DNA of 50,961 nucleotides from a virus (IMGVR_UViG_3300041809_000337:1-50961); one strand, 5' to 3'. Positions 9,968-18,491 are shown, counted from the first letter of the stretch. A program made the numbers and translations. Notes: generated from the letters alone by a model not told the origin.

Positions 9968-10216
9968 GTGGAACACTTTCCTTGCGAACCGAACGCTGCC
10001 TGTAAGAACTGGCCTCATTGTTATTCGGATGTCCACCACCTCTATTATCCTGCTTGTGATTATAAAACACGTCTTGAAAAAGAGTTTCGTGACTTGGAAG
10101 TTAATAAAATAGCCATTTGCCGAGCCATCCATGATGAGATACACGCCGAGGATACACCCCCAGATAAGCCCAGCCATCGGTTCATGTGCGAAGAAGTTAG
10201 AGAACACTTGAGATGA
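9968..10216 (+). CDS. Small Cys/His protein, possibly degenerate HNH-like
   Basis: DVHH...ICRAIHDEIH. Confidence 0.45.
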   Translation: MEHFPCEPNAACKNWPHCYSDVHHLYYPACDYKTRLEKEFRDLEVNKIAICRAIHDEIHAEDTPPDKPSHRFMCEEVREHLR

Positions 10217-10407
10217 ACCCTAAAGAAGAAATAATGTTAGCACTTGAGTTCTGGGATGGCGAAAAGTATATGGCTGAACTTGCCTTAGCTGAAGCTAACG
10301 ATTACCTGCGAGTCCTCGAAGAGGGGCTGTGCGCTGTATATTTAGAGGAGCAAAGGGGACTTCCTCAAACCAACCCAGATACTTCCGTTCCTCCGCCGTT
10401 ATCTTAA
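10213..10407 (+). CDS. Hypothetical protein, last gene of the rightward arm
   Basis: ATGA coupling; 64 aa. Confidence 0.5.
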   Translation: MNPKEEIMLALEFWDGEKYMAELALAEANDYLRVLEEGLCAVYLEEQRGLPQTNPDTSVPPPLS

Positions 10408-10475
10408 ACTTCCTCTCGCACTCAAGTCTCTCAGCTTCTGCTATGGCTTCGGCTTCTGCTACTCCTGCGAATAGT

Positions 10476-10691
10476 TCATCCGACAACGACTTTATTCTGT
10501 AATGGGTGCGCGTTAGACGTTTCATGGGGGCGTAACTCATGGGGGGAAAGCTCCTTAGGAGCAAATTGCACGTTACGCTTGGGTTTCCTGGTTAATATGA
10601 TAATTAGAATAGCAATAAAGTTGCCGACAATCAACACGTAGGGTGCGAGTTGTCTGGCGAAGTACACTGTATCATCGAATAAATAGCCCAT
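10476..10691 (-). CDS. Small membrane protein
   Basis: AAGGA RBS; one TM helix. Confidence 0.55.
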   Translation of the reverse strand: MGYLFDDTVYFARQLAPYVLIVGNFIAILIIILTRKPKRNVQFAPKELSPHELRPHETSNAHPLQNKVVVG

Positions 10692-10692
10692 C

Positions 10693-11220
10693 TTATTCCT
10701 TTATTTTTATTAGATACTCTAACTGGGTTTTTGAGTCTGTAATAATTCCCATTAGCTCATCTTTACTGAATTTATAGTATGGGGTGGCTTTGTCTAGCTT
10801 TTCCAGCTCGTCCGGTACTTCGTCGCCATACTTGAGTTGGAGTGCTGGGCGATATTTCTCTGGGTTGCCGTTCAGCCACTTGTTACAGTGGTTCTTGCAT
10901 TGTAGGTTGACGTTCATCTCGTTGTATTTCACGACCTTGCGGCCACGCTTGATGTAATGTCCAGCGTCCCACCCCAAATCAAAGTGTAACTTACCGTCTG
11001 GGGTAAAGTGAGCCACCCGCCCAGAGTGTGAACAGCTTATACACGTCCCATACCAAGCCGTGTCCTTAAATACACTGTCACGCAAACGGACGTATTTACT
11101 GAACCACTCCCACGCCACTCGGTCTAACTCTTGGGTATTTTTCTGGGCTAGGGTCTTATATTTTCTAGGCTTCTGGTTTGGGTGTCCCCAAAGTTTCGGC
11201 CTTTTCTTCGCTCTTAGCAC
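10693..11220 (-). CDS. ninG: NinG/Rap-like recombination endonuclease
   Basis: FSKYVRLRD, CISC, DAGHY, NVNLQC..HCN..L.GN and YG motifs. Confidence 0.85.
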   Translation of the reverse strand: MLRAKKRPKLWGHPNQKPRKYKTLAQKNTQELDRVAWEWFSKYVRLRDSVFKDTAWYGTCISCSHSGRVAHFTPDGKLHFDLGWDAGHYIKRGRKVVKYNEMNVNLQCKNHCNKWLNGNPEKYRPALQLKYGDEVPDELEKLDKATPYYKFSKDELMGIITDSKTQLEYLIKIKE

Positions 11221-11356
11221 GTCTAGCCTCTATTCCTTTCCTTTGTGCAGCCCTGGCTGCCTCTTTATTTTCAAAGTAGTGGTATGGGTGGCGCCTCTTA
11301 GCCTGCATGGCACGCATGTACTCGCTGATAATTAACTGTCTGGCTTTCTCTTTCAT
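11165..11356 (-). CDS. Small basic protein with KGG-like motif
   Basis: GGAGG RBS; FENKEAARAAQRKG. Confidence 0.6.
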   Translation of the reverse strand: MKEKARQLIISEYMRAMQAKRRHPYHYFENKEAARAAQRKGIEARRAKSEEKAETLGTPKPEA

Positions 11357-11851
11357 TTAGTCCTCCAAGAAATTTTCTGGCATGGGTTCGCGCTCTGTGT
11401 CATAGTGGTCATCAAAGTCCTCGTCCGAGGTGCTTTTCTGGTAATAAGGACCGTGGGCATTTACCGGTATCTCCGGTATTTCCGGTGTTGGTTCGTCTTC
11501 GCCCACCAGCTTATCAATCTTTTCTTCTATTCGTCTGAGTGCTTCCATCATCTCACCATCAGAACGGGTCTGTGAGCTTAATACAGGCTTTGTGGGCTGT
11601 TCTGGGTTTGAAGCTGACTCAGACACCACCTTGACCTTACGAAGCTGCCAATAGGTAGTTCCGTTCTTAGACTTTTTCATGGTCTTTTCTTCAGCCGTTA
11701 TGTCCATACCTTCTACGATATCTTGGTTGGACGAATTAAAACTTATCGGGGTGTCGTCACCCTCAGCGTAACCCCAGTACCTTTGAAAGTACATGGGGTC
11801 GAACTCACCCTGTTTGCTGATCTTAGTCAAAGTAAATTCAAACACGGGCAT
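11357..11851 (-). CDS. Putative ssDNA-binding protein (OB-like N-terminus, acidic tail); start revised to MPVFEF
   Basis: AAGGA upstream of ATG 11851; beta-rich N-half, acidic C-terminus DEDFDDH...FLED. Confidence 0.5.
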   Translation of the reverse strand: MPVFEFTLTKISKQGEFDPMYFQRYWGYAEGDDTPISFNSSNQDIVEGMDITAEEKTMKKSKNGTTYWQLRKVKVVSESASNPEQPTKPVLSSQTRSDGEMMEALRRIEEKIDKLVGEDEPTPEIPEIPVNAHGPYYQKSTSDEDFDDHYDTEREPMPENFLED

Positions 11852-12098
11852 GCTCCAATCCTTTGTCAAATGGCTCATCATTCGGCCTAAACCAAGGCTC
11901 TTTGTTCTTAATACCTTTACGTGAGCTCTTAGCCCCGCCAAGTTTTCCACAGGCAACAGCCCGTTCGTGGTCGTTCCAAAAGCCTCCGGTGTGGCCGCGC
12001 TGGCCGCCAATCCTGCCGATACGCTCGTAGAAATCACGCCCATACTTAGCATAGTTCATATCTCTGCCTTTTATCCCGCCTACTTTTGTAGCACTCAT
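11838..12098 (-). CDS. KGG-repeat (general stress/Con-10-like) protein
   Basis: YGRDFYERIGRIGG, TGGF, GKLGGAKS; AAGGAGG RBS. Confidence 0.8.
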   Translation of the reverse strand: MSATKVGGIKGRDMNYAKYGRDFYERIGRIGGQRGHTGGFWNDHERAVACGKLGGAKSSRKGIKNKEPWFRPNDEPFDKGLEHARV

Positions 12099-12113
12099 GA
12101 TGTTAATCCTCCT

Positions 12114-13304
12114 TCATGCTTCCGTTAAATTTAAATATTCACCTAACCCAATTCCGAAAGCCCTGGCTTGGCATAAATCAGCATCGCCTATCTCGCCGAC
12201 TTTAGGCTCAACCCACTCCAAGAAAACCCTATCAGTACTAGCATCTTTCATAACTATGCAGTATTCAGTCGAACCAGTATCCATGAAGTTTTTAACACGG
12301 TAAAGTTTAGTGCCTTTCTCTCCGGTATGTATGAGTTCGGCTTTCATCTGTTTGAGAAGCCTGTCTGGGCGGAGCATAGATAAGGCAGCAGCCCGTTGGT
12401 CGGCATTACCAATCGTCAGTACGTCTTTGGCGGTTACTTTATGGTTGATTATCTTGTTGTAAAGTTTCTCGTCAAACTGTACGCCTTGAAGAAAATAGAA
12501 TCCTGTCCCATTTGACCACTCCACCGCTTTGCCGTGGTCGTAGTGAAGTCGCTGGTCATTAGTAATCATGCGAGGCATAGGCACTAGGATTAATTTATCT
12601 TTCATGGGAAAGAAAAAGCCTAAGCCATTCTCTAGGGCTTTCAGGCTTTCGGTAGATATTTCAATCCATTTAAGGATAGATTTATCTTTTTTTTCAGAAT
12701 TGAGTAATCCAGCTAAAGACGCTGCGTCCCACGCTGCGTCCCGCGCTGCGTCCCACGCTGCGTTCCACGCTACGTTCCGCGCTACGTTCCGCGCTACGTT
12801 CCGCGCTGCGTCCCACGCTGCGTCCCGCGCTGCGTCCCGCGCTACGTTCCGCGCTGCGTTCCGCGCTGCGTCCCACGCTGCGTTCCACGCTGCGTTCCAC
12901 GCTACGTTCCGCGCTACGTTCCGCGCTGCGTTCCACGCTACGTTCCGCGCTACGTCCCGCGCTGCGTCCCGCGCTACGTCCCACGCTATTTGAAACCCAA
13001 TTACCATATCTTCGGCAATTTCAACATTAGGCATTTTTGTACCTAAAATTTCGTATTGTCGCTCAAAGCATTTTAAAACTACCTTCTCATTCCAGTAAGG
13101 TTCATCATAGTTAAGTTTTGCCAACCTATCTATAACTTTCTGGGCAGCTTTATTAATCTTTGGTGGCGTAAGTGACTGGTCTCCAGCAATCGTAGCCCCG
13201 ACTTGCCATAATGCGCCAAGTTGTGCAAAATTCTGTTGAGCCGCCTGCTGATTAGCCTGATTAAGCTGACTCATTAAATTAGATAAGTTATCTTCATTAT
13301 CCAT
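12114..13304 (-). CDS. DUF6745-like protein with A[RW][DN][AV] tetrapeptide repeats
   Basis: RLH...AVEW..G...YFLQGV, NADQR and DASTDR.F...V.P motifs; GAGGT RBS. Confidence 0.7.
   Translation of the reverse strand: MDNEDNLSNLMSQLNQANQQAAQQNFAQLGALWQVGATIAGDQSLTPPKINKAAQKVIDRLAKLNYDEPYWNEKVVLKCFERQYEILGTKMPNVEIAEDMVIGFQIAWDVARDAARDVARNVAWNAARNVARNVAWNAAWNAAWDAARNAARNVARDAARDAAWDAARNVARNVARNVAWNAAWDAARDAAWDAASLAGLLNSEKKDKSILKWIEISTESLKALENGLGFFFPMKDKLILVPMPRMITNDQRLHYDHGKAVEWSNGTGFYFLQGVQFDEKLYNKIINHKVTAKDVLTIGNADQRAAALSMLRPDRLLKQMKAELIHTGEKGTKLYRVKNFMDTGSTEYCIVMKDASTDRVFLEWVEPKVGEIGDADLCQARAFGIGLGEYLNLTEA
12723..12986 (-). repeat. 22 x 12-bp coding tandem repeat GCG YGG RAC GYA
   Basis: Read directly; only three positions per unit vary. 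Confidence 0.95.
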
Positions 13305-13312
13305 ACTTACCT

Positions 13313-13639
13313 CTAGTCGAAAACCCTTTGGGTTACTTTAGACCAAGGGTTGTACTCTTTCTTATAAGTAACTTTGTACTTGCCCTTAGGTACAGTCAAA
13401 GTCTTATGGGCGTCAATTTGTTTCTGGTGGACTAACTTGGCTGGCTCGAACAGTTCTAAGTAAAGCTCTTGCTTATCTTTAGCTGTCCAGACTTTAAATT
13501 CTTTCTCGGCTTCAAGCACATGATGGTGGCCGGTCTCAGAATGGCCGACTATAAAACTCTTAAACTCTTTGCCTTTTCTCTTTGGCACTGACTCTACTTC
13601 TTGTAATAGAACTTCGCCGTGCCTGATTGAATGTCTCAT
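13313..13639 (-). CDS. Conserved His-rich phage protein (RHGEV...ETGHHH), usual neighbour of DUF6745-like genes
   Basis: RHGEVLL, GHSETGHHH, LVH...H, EYNP.....VFD; GGAGG RBS. Confidence 0.75.
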   Translation of the reverse strand: MRHSIRHGEVLLQEVESVPKRKGKEFKSFIVGHSETGHHHVLEAEKEFKVWTAKDKQELYLELFEPAKLVHQKQIDAHKTLTVPKGKYKVTYKKEYNPWSKVTQRVFD

Positions 13640-13647
13640 ATATCCTC

Positions 13648-14046
13648 CTACTTATTAAATAACTTAAACTTATGTTCATCAACCACAGCGTGGTCAGATA
13701 GCCACTTTAGGTTAGTGTCTATGCCGCTCAATCGAGTATCAATTCCATCTATCTTATCGTAGATATTATTGAGTATTCTGCTACAGGCATCAGCCGGTTC
13801 TGGTACTGGGTCGGGAACCACGTCTAGCATTGGTTCTGGTTTCTGTGCTGGTTGCTGTGGATGATTACTTAAATACCGCTTCTCTTTATATTCCTTAAAG
13901 CAGGCAGAAATATGTACCAGGCTGAGTGTACCGGCAGCTTTACCCGATAATCTTTTTATGTCCTCTATTGTGGCTCCTCTTTCTTGAAGGGCTTTGATAA
14001 ATTCAAAGTCCGCTTTGGTTAGGTGTTTAGTTCCTTTAACTCCCAT
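13648..14046 (-). CDS. Putative HTH DNA-binding protein
   Basis: LTKADFEFIKALQERGATIEDIKRLSG helix pattern; GGAGG RBS. Confidence 0.55.
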   Translation of the reverse strand: MGVKGTKHLTKADFEFIKALQERGATIEDIKRLSGKAAGTLSLVHISACFKEYKEKRYLSNHPQQPAQKPEPMLDVVPDPVPEPADACSRILNNIYDKIDGIDTRLSGIDTNLKWLSDHAVVDEHKFKLFNK

Positions 14047-14047
14047 T

Positions 14048-14857
14048 TTATATACCCTCCTTGATTAACTTACTTAACGGTGCCAACATCTTATATAACT
14101 TTAACACTTCCAAAAACTTCACTTCACACTCTCTGACGGTCAGCCCCAACTCTGACGCCCTCAATGTATTAACTACTCCCTCTTTACCTACCCTGATAAC
14201 CATTAAGTCAGTGGGATATTCGTCTGCATAGTTATGCCCTAACTCTTTATGTAATCTAGTAAACTTTTCCTCACGGTAAGCTAAGTTATACCCACCTAAC
14301 TGTAAGAAATGCTCGCTGTAAATCCCTAGCGGCGCAGTCCGTGAAGCATTGGTTGTCTTCCAGTCGCACAGCACCACCTCACCATTAATTCTTAAGATGG
14401 CGTCAAAGGTTCCGGCATAATCATTTGCCTTTGAGTAAACTATCTTTTCTATACTTAATACTTCGGGCTTAAACTTATCAACCCATCCCAGAAAAGCTTT
14501 ATATGGTTTCTGAATATCATCAGGTATATCAAGATGTTCACCTTTCAGATGGCTTTCAATCGCACCGTGTACACGCTTACCAACATCCTTGCCCGTATCA
14601 CCTTTAATAAGATAGGCATGGAGAGCTTCGTTTAGCATGGGTTCGTCAACCGGTACGCCACTTTGGACAAACTGACGAACATATTTATCATATTCATTCA
14701 TTGGCCACATCATCAATGCCGGTTTGGATAAGGTGTCAAGGACGGTAGTCACGCCAACTGGTGATCGTCCAGTTTCAGCGATCAAATATCGATTACGGGC
14801 TAGGGGATCAAAGTTAACCGTGATGGTGTCGTTATACAGTTTAGTTATACTAATCAT
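14048..14857 (-). CDS. PD-(D/E)XK exonuclease (recombination); start revised to MISITK
   Basis: GVTTVL, G.RVH..IE, YAGTFDA, DWKT, QL..Y. Confidence 0.85.
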   Translation of the reverse strand: MISITKLYNDTITVNFDPLARNRYLIAETGRSPVGVTTVLDTLSKPALMMWPMNEYDKYVRQFVQSGVPVDEPMLNEALHAYLIKGDTGKDVGKRVHGAIESHLKGEHLDIPDDIQKPYKAFLGWVDKFKPEVLSIEKIVYSKANDYAGTFDAILRINGEVVLCDWKTTNASRTAPLGIYSEHFLQLGGYNLAYREEKFTRLHKELGHNYADEYPTDLMVIRVGKEGVVNTLRASELGLTVRECEVKFLEVLKLYKMLAPLSKLIKEGI

Positions 14858-14996
14858 TTGGATCATCTCCATACTGTTCCTCATACCAAAGGCTGAAATC
14901 TGAAAAGTCTGGGTGCGTACCTGTTTGCTCGCAATCAAGCACGTACAGCTGCCACAGATAATCAATTTCTGTTCTGGTTAATTCAAATAAGTTCAT
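14850..14996 (-). CDS. Small acidic protein (48 aa, not in ORF track)
   Basis: MNLFELTRTEIDYLWQLYVLDCEQTGTHPDFSDFSLWYEEQYGDDPND; ATG lies 6 nt after a -10 box. Confidence 0.6.
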   Translation of the reverse strand: MNLFELTRTEIDYLWQLYVLDCEQTGTHPDFSDFSLWYEEQYGDDPND

Positions 14997-15241
14997 GTCT
15001 TAATCCTATCACTAACTGAGCGGTTATGCAAGGGCTTATCCACATGCTTGGGGTATCTGCCGCAAGGCTTGTCCCAGACCTCGGAATACCAGGCTTCGAC
15101 CTCATCACCAATCTCGGAAGGCTTGTAATGTGGGATGGTGTAGGTTTCATCATCGTCCAGAATGACAGTGTTTAAATAAAAGGCTGAGTGGAATTTACTC
15201 CACTTCTTTTCTACGCTTACTACTTTAATGATTTCTTTCAA
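14993..15241 (-). CDS. Hypothetical OB-fold-like protein (likely TTG start, MKEIIK)
   Basis: GGGGAG upstream of TTG; the ORF-track start at 15304 overlaps another small ORF. Confidence 0.5.
   Translation of the reverse strand: MKEIIKVVSVEKKWSKFHSAFYLNTVILDDDETYTIPHYKPSEIGDEVEAWYSEVWDKPCGRYPKHVDKPLHNRSVSDRIKT
15003..15044 (-). promoter_or_regulatory. Sigma70-type promoter (TTGCAT-17-TAGGAT) with adjacent DnaA box; likely leaderless transcript
   Basis: -35 at 15026-15031, -10 at 15003-15008, TTATCCACA at 15036-15044. Confidence 0.6.
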
Positions 15242-15331
15242 ACCCGCACTCCCCGTCACGCCCGCTACACGTATAGCCGGCCAGGTATTTGGGGCATAGC
15301 CCAAGCCGGTGTAAAAGTCTTTGCATCATTT

Positions 15332-15550
15332 TCATTTCCTACCTTTGTCCTGGGGCGGCATTATTCCGCTTACTGTATAACTTTCTTTATAAATATTTTG
15401 TTTAATTGCTATGGGTTGCCCGCAAGTTGGACAATGAACACAATGTTCTTTATCGTGTGTTCGTTTTGCTTTAGCATATCCTTCAGGAGACATACCCCAG
15501 CTTTCAAAATTACCCGTATCACTTGGACAATATGGACAATTCGCACTCAT
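15332..15550 (-). CDS. Small zinc-finger protein
   Basis: CPYC...H..EH...CPTC. Confidence 0.65.
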   Translation of the reverse strand: MSANCPYCPSDTGNFESWGMSPEGYAKAKRTHDKEHCVHCPTCGQPIAIKQNIYKESYTVSGIMPPQDKGRK

Positions 15551-15726
15551 TCCAGTCCTTTCTTTTTAGTTATGGGTCGCATTATATTGCTTCTAATTTT
15601 CAGACAGCCATAGCAAATCTGGGTGAGGGCGGTTTTAGCATCACAGTAAGTACAGGGCAATAAGCCTATTTCGCAGGTATGTTGGTCTGTTACAAATGTT
15701 TCAATTATTTCGTCTAATTCAGTCAT
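15547..15726 (-). CDS. Small Cys-rich protein (59 aa, not in ORF track) sharing its C-terminus with 16051-16242
   Basis: MTELDEII...KTALTQICYGCLKIRSNIMRPITKKKGLE; ATGA overlaps at both ends. Confidence 0.7.
   Translation of the reverse strand: MTELDEIIETFVTDQHTCEIGLLPCTYCDAKTALTQICYGCLKIRSNIMRPITKKKGLE
15565..15630. repeat. 66-bp direct repeat, copy 1 (copy 2 at 16069-16134)
   Basis: 58/66 identical by manual alignment. Confidence 0.9.
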
Positions 15727-15977
15727 AGCTTGCTCCTGGGATGGGTGGGGTCAACGTATCGTACATATTGCCACCATTGATTATCATACGGGTCATATAT
15801 ATAGTCGTAGAGTTGGCAACGCCGTCTATAAACCCAGCATAGCCAGACAACACCATCATCTAAAGTGTCATGAGGCAACCATGCAAATTTCTTACGCCAA
15901 GATGTTATGGGAACCCCAAATCTCGGTTTATTGTCATACCAATCCGCACCCACTCCAGCCTCACCGTTCTTAGTCAT
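15723..15977 (-). CDS. Hypothetical Trp-rich protein (start MTKNG)
   Basis: W...FAWLP......VWL motif; ATGA coupling with a 26-aa ORF at 15974-16054. Confidence 0.6.
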   Translation of the reverse strand: MTKNGEAGVGADWYDNKPRFGVPITSWRKKFAWLPHDTLDDGVVWLCWVYRRRCQLYDYIYDPYDNQWWQYVRYVDPTHPRSKL

Positions 15978-16050
15978 GATGTCCACTCCGTTCCACCACC
16001 GCGTGAACCAGGGTATTTGATTTTATGATTGTAAAGTTGTTTAAGTGTTT

Positions 16051-16242
16051 TCATTTGCTTTCCTTCTGTTTAGTTATGGGTCGCATTATGTTACTGCGAA
16101 TTTTTAAGCAGCCGTAGCAAATCTGGGTGAGGGCATCGTGGAAACTAGAGTAAGCCACCTGTTGCATGTGATGTCCCTCGCACTGCTGAATATGTTTGCG
16201 GACTTCTGTTTGGGTTGGCAGATATTCGTAATCAAAGGTCAT
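16051..16242 (-). CDS. Small Cys/His protein
   Basis: AAGGAG RBS; CEGHH...CYGC. Confidence 0.65.
   Translation of the reverse strand: MTFDYEYLPTQTEVRKHIQQCEGHHMQQVAYSSFHDALTQICYGCLKIRSNIMRPITKQKESK
16069..16134. repeat. 66-bp direct repeat, copy 2
   Basis: See 15565-15630. Confidence 0.9.
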
Positions 16243-17003
16243 CTTAGCTCCTTTAAGTCTTTAGCTAGCTTGAGCATGTAAGCATTAATCTTTTTGGTTA
16301 AGGCGTCATTGGCGGCATAGGTGGCATCGGTGGCATCGGTGGCATAGGTGGCGGCATAGGCGGCGGCATGGGTGGCGGCATTGGTGGCATTGGTGGCGGC
16401 ATTGGTGGCGGCATAGGCGGCATAGGCGGCATTGGCGGCGGCATAGGCGGCATCGGCGGCATAGATGGTGGCATTGGCGGTGGCATTGGCGGTGGCATTG
16501 GAGGCGGCATAGGCGTTATAGGTGGCATAGGCGGCATTGGCGGCGGCATAGGCGGCATTGGCGGCGGCATCGGCGGCATAGGCGTTAGCCTTAGTCGGCT
16601 TCTTTAGATATTTCTTAGCCGCCTCGATTGCATTTCTTGGTCGCTTATCATTAGGGTATTGCTTTTCGTAAATGTCAATGACTAGCTCGGCGGCGTAAAC
16701 CGCCAACTTGACCGAAGTTATCTTATCCCACTCCCACGCCTGAACTATCCGCATTTTCTGATGACAGTGCTTATCATTTTCAGCGTCTTTGTCTTTTTTA
16801 CCGGCAACTTCAACCTTAGCCAGGACTGTTCCGCTCACATACGAAAAGGCTTGGTAAATCTTATCCGAACAGTGTAAGCCGTTGTGACAGCACCTTATCT
16901 TGCCCTTAACCTCTTGCCATTCGTTTATACGCCAAGTAACATTACCAGAGCGTGACACAATCTTCTTGCGATGGAGGTCTAGGAATTTGTAATAAGTTTT
17001 CAC
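16239..17003 (-). CDS. Phage protein with C..GLH domain, YP.D.RPR.AIEAA (Imm5-like) helix and Ala/Tyr/Asn repeats
   Basis: CCHNGLHCS; YPNDKRPRNAIEAAK; AAYAAANA tract. Confidence 0.7.
   Translation of the reverse strand: MKTYYKFLDLHRKKIVSRSGNVTWRINEWQEVKGKIRCCHNGLHCSDKIYQAFSYVSGTVLAKVEVAGKKDKDAENDKHCHQKMRIVQAWEWDKITSVKLAVYAAELVIDIYEKQYPNDKRPRNAIEAAKKYLKKPTKANAYAADAAANAAYAAANAAYATYNAYAASNATANATANATIYAADAAYAAANAAYAAYAATNAATNATNAATHAAAYAATYATDATDATYAANDALTKKINAYMLKLAKDLKELR
16310..16586 (-). repeat. Low-complexity GCC-rich coding repeat (9-12 bp units)
   Basis: Arrays of ggcggcatag/ggtggcattg on the + strand. Confidence 0.9.
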
Positions 17004-17299
17004 TTTAACTCCTTATTAGTTATGGGGGCGGTATTATCTATTATTTTTTTGGGTATTCGTTCAACCATGCCATAATGTTCGCCGAATTGTTCTGTCTTGG
17101 GGCTGTATCGCCCAGCCAACACCACGCATAAATCGTCTTCATAAACTCGCCACCCCACGCTTGTAACTTTATATGCTTCGTCTTTAGCAAAACTCGTTAA
17201 CTCATCTGTATCATGCCAACTACCGGCTACGTTTTGGACATCAACCCAATCAACCTTTACTATCGGGGGATAATCGACCCTACCAATATCACTTGCCAT
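17000..17299 (-). CDS. Hypothetical protein (V.W.D...W...SVGW family)
   Basis: Coupled ORF, GGGAG RBS. Confidence 0.65.
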   Translation of the reverse strand: MASDIGRVDYPPIVKVDWVDVQNVAGSWHDTDELTSFAKDEAYKVTSVGWRVYEDDLCVVLAGRYSPKTEQFGEHYGMVERIPKKIIDNTAPITNKELK

Positions 17300-17540
17300 G
17301 ATTAGACTCCCCTAGGTGTTTTTCCCACCCATCATATTTTAATTCAGTTCTGGTATGAATTTTGCCGTCTAACCCTTCATAGTCTTCTGTCTTGGTGGGT
17401 GGGTTAAAGTAATAATCAGAGTTACCGACCTTGATAACTACTGCCTTGCCGCTGTCTAAAATTACGGCGACTGCCCCATTCCTAAACAATTGATTGAGCA
17501 TATCCAACTTACCAATGGCTTTTATACTATCAGGGTTCAT
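17289..17540 (-). CDS. Hypothetical protein (start MNPDS)
   Basis: GAGG RBS before ATG 17540. Confidence 0.6.
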   Translation of the reverse strand: MNPDSIKAIGKLDMLNQLFRNGAVAVILDSGKAVVIKVGNSDYYFNPPTKTEDYEGLDGKIHTRTELKYDGWEKHLGESNHGK

Positions 17541-17907
17541 TGTGATTATCCTCTCCCTCAGCATTGGGGTTAGACTTTAATTGTTTGATACGAGCTTCTA
17601 TCCACTTAAGTTCAATATCTTTAATCATAAAAATGGATAACATCAAAGAAGATTTAATATGTTCTTTATACTTCTCAGCTTCGTCAATCCTACCTTTAAC
17701 TACTTCTTCAGCAAGTACCTGTTCAAAGTTAGCTTCATGTAATTTATGGAGTTCGTTATTAGCTTTTACTGCTTCAACCTCACGCCTATTACAATAATCA
17801 TTGATGGCTTGTTTGGCTTCTTGCCGGTAGGAAATAACCTCACTATCGTGGATATCTAGTTGGTCTAATAGTTTTTCTAGCTCATCATTTGAAGTATCTT
17901 TAGTCAT
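17530..17907 (-). CDS. Hypothetical helical protein
   Basis: EAKQAI, GRIDE, RIKQLK mosaic motifs typical of phage early small genes. Confidence 0.6.
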   Translation of the reverse strand: MTKDTSNDELEKLLDQLDIHDSEVISYRQEAKQAINDYCNRREVEAVKANNELHKLHEANFEQVLAEEVVKGRIDEAEKYKEHIKSSLMLSIFMIKDIELKWIEARIKQLKSNPNAEGEDNHNEP

Positions 17908-18071
17908 GGAGTGGGTGAGGAAGTATCCTCACAACTCCTCTCCTCGAACAATTTGTCGAACTCATCGGTCAGGTAAGTAGGGAAGTCTTCTATCTCTACC
18001 TCTTGAAGTTCTAACAGAGCTTTAGCTATCTCTAGTTCTTTTTGCACTTCTATGAGTTGGTCTTCATTCAT
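17904..18071 (-). CDS. Small acidic protein (55 aa, not in ORF track), first gene of the operon
   Basis: MNEDQLIEVQKELEIAKALLELQEVEIEDF...; ATGA overlap with the next gene. Confidence 0.65.
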   Translation of the reverse strand: MNEDQLIEVQKELEIAKALLELQEVEIEDFPTYLTDEFDKLFEERSCEDTSSPTP

Positions 18072-18077
18072 GTCTTT

Positions 18078-18142
18078 AGTCTAGCATAGCTGTTCAGTAA
18101 TGTCCAGTGTAACATAAATGCCTTGTGATAACTTGTGGATAA
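18078..18142 (-). promoter_or_regulatory. Promoter TGGACA-17-TAGACT (extended -10, leaderless) with upstream DnaA box
   Basis: -10 at 18078-18083, -35 at 18101-18106, TGTGGATAA at 18134-18142. Confidence 0.6.
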
Positions 18143-18151
18143 GTCGGGGTA

Positions 18152-18180
18152 TAAAAGAAAAGCCCCCTATTGCTAGGGGA
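18152..18180 (-). terminator. Rho-independent terminator
   Basis: CCCCTA-GCAA-TAGGGG hairpin followed by GCTTTTCTTTT on the minus strand. Confidence 0.7.
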
Positions 18181-18196
18181 CTAAGCTTACGACGGC

Positions 18197-18234
18197 TTGA
18201 CAACATACTAACACGTGGATTATTATAATGTCAA
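18197..18234. promoter_or_regulatory. Overlapping bidirectional promoter pair
   Basis: + strand: TTGACA(18197)-18-TATTAT; - strand: TTGACA(18234)-18-TAGTAT. Confidence 0.6.
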
Positions 18235-18491
18235 CTCTAGGCAGGCTCACGACGGCCACCAGGGGAGTATAAAGAACCTGGTACACAGCTCGAAAGAGCC
18301 CACAAGTCGGACAGAGGCTAGGCGTATGGCCAGTGATACGCCCACAGTGCATGGTCTGCAAGCTCATTAACAAATTTAGATTGTCACAAATATTGTTACT
18401 AGTCTTGTTAGATAAACAATAAAGACAACCTAACATTTAGCGCACCCATGCATAGTGGGCGAGTTGTGAGGTTGCCTACACCTAGAGGGTT
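18233..18491 (+). ncRNA. Candidate ~260-nt highly structured ncRNA of unknown class
   Basis: Helix 18238-53/18463-78 (15/16 pairs), helix 18339-54/18446-61 (15/16), GCTC-GAAA-GAGC tetraloop, ACCAGG/CCTGGT stem; begins at the predicted TSS. Confidence 0.65.

Noticed and set aside
12694-12993. Repeat array as a CRISPR, and the alternative-frame ORFs (GRSAERS, AASHAAF)
   Set aside because: Contiguous 12-bp units without spacers, no cas genes; the alternative ORFs are shadows of the coding repeat
15565-16134. 66-bp repeat pair as a DGR template/variable repeat
   Set aside because: Differences are synonymous and not adenine-specific, and no reverse transcriptase is present
16298-16607. Poly-MPP and poly-GGI ORFs
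   Set aside because: Frame shadows of the GCC-rich Ala repeat in 16239-17003
18173-18436. 87-aa minus-strand ORF and 110-aa plus-strand ORF (18561-18893)
   Set aside because: No RBS or protein-like features; the region is better explained by RNA structure and the minus-strand 30-aa peptide
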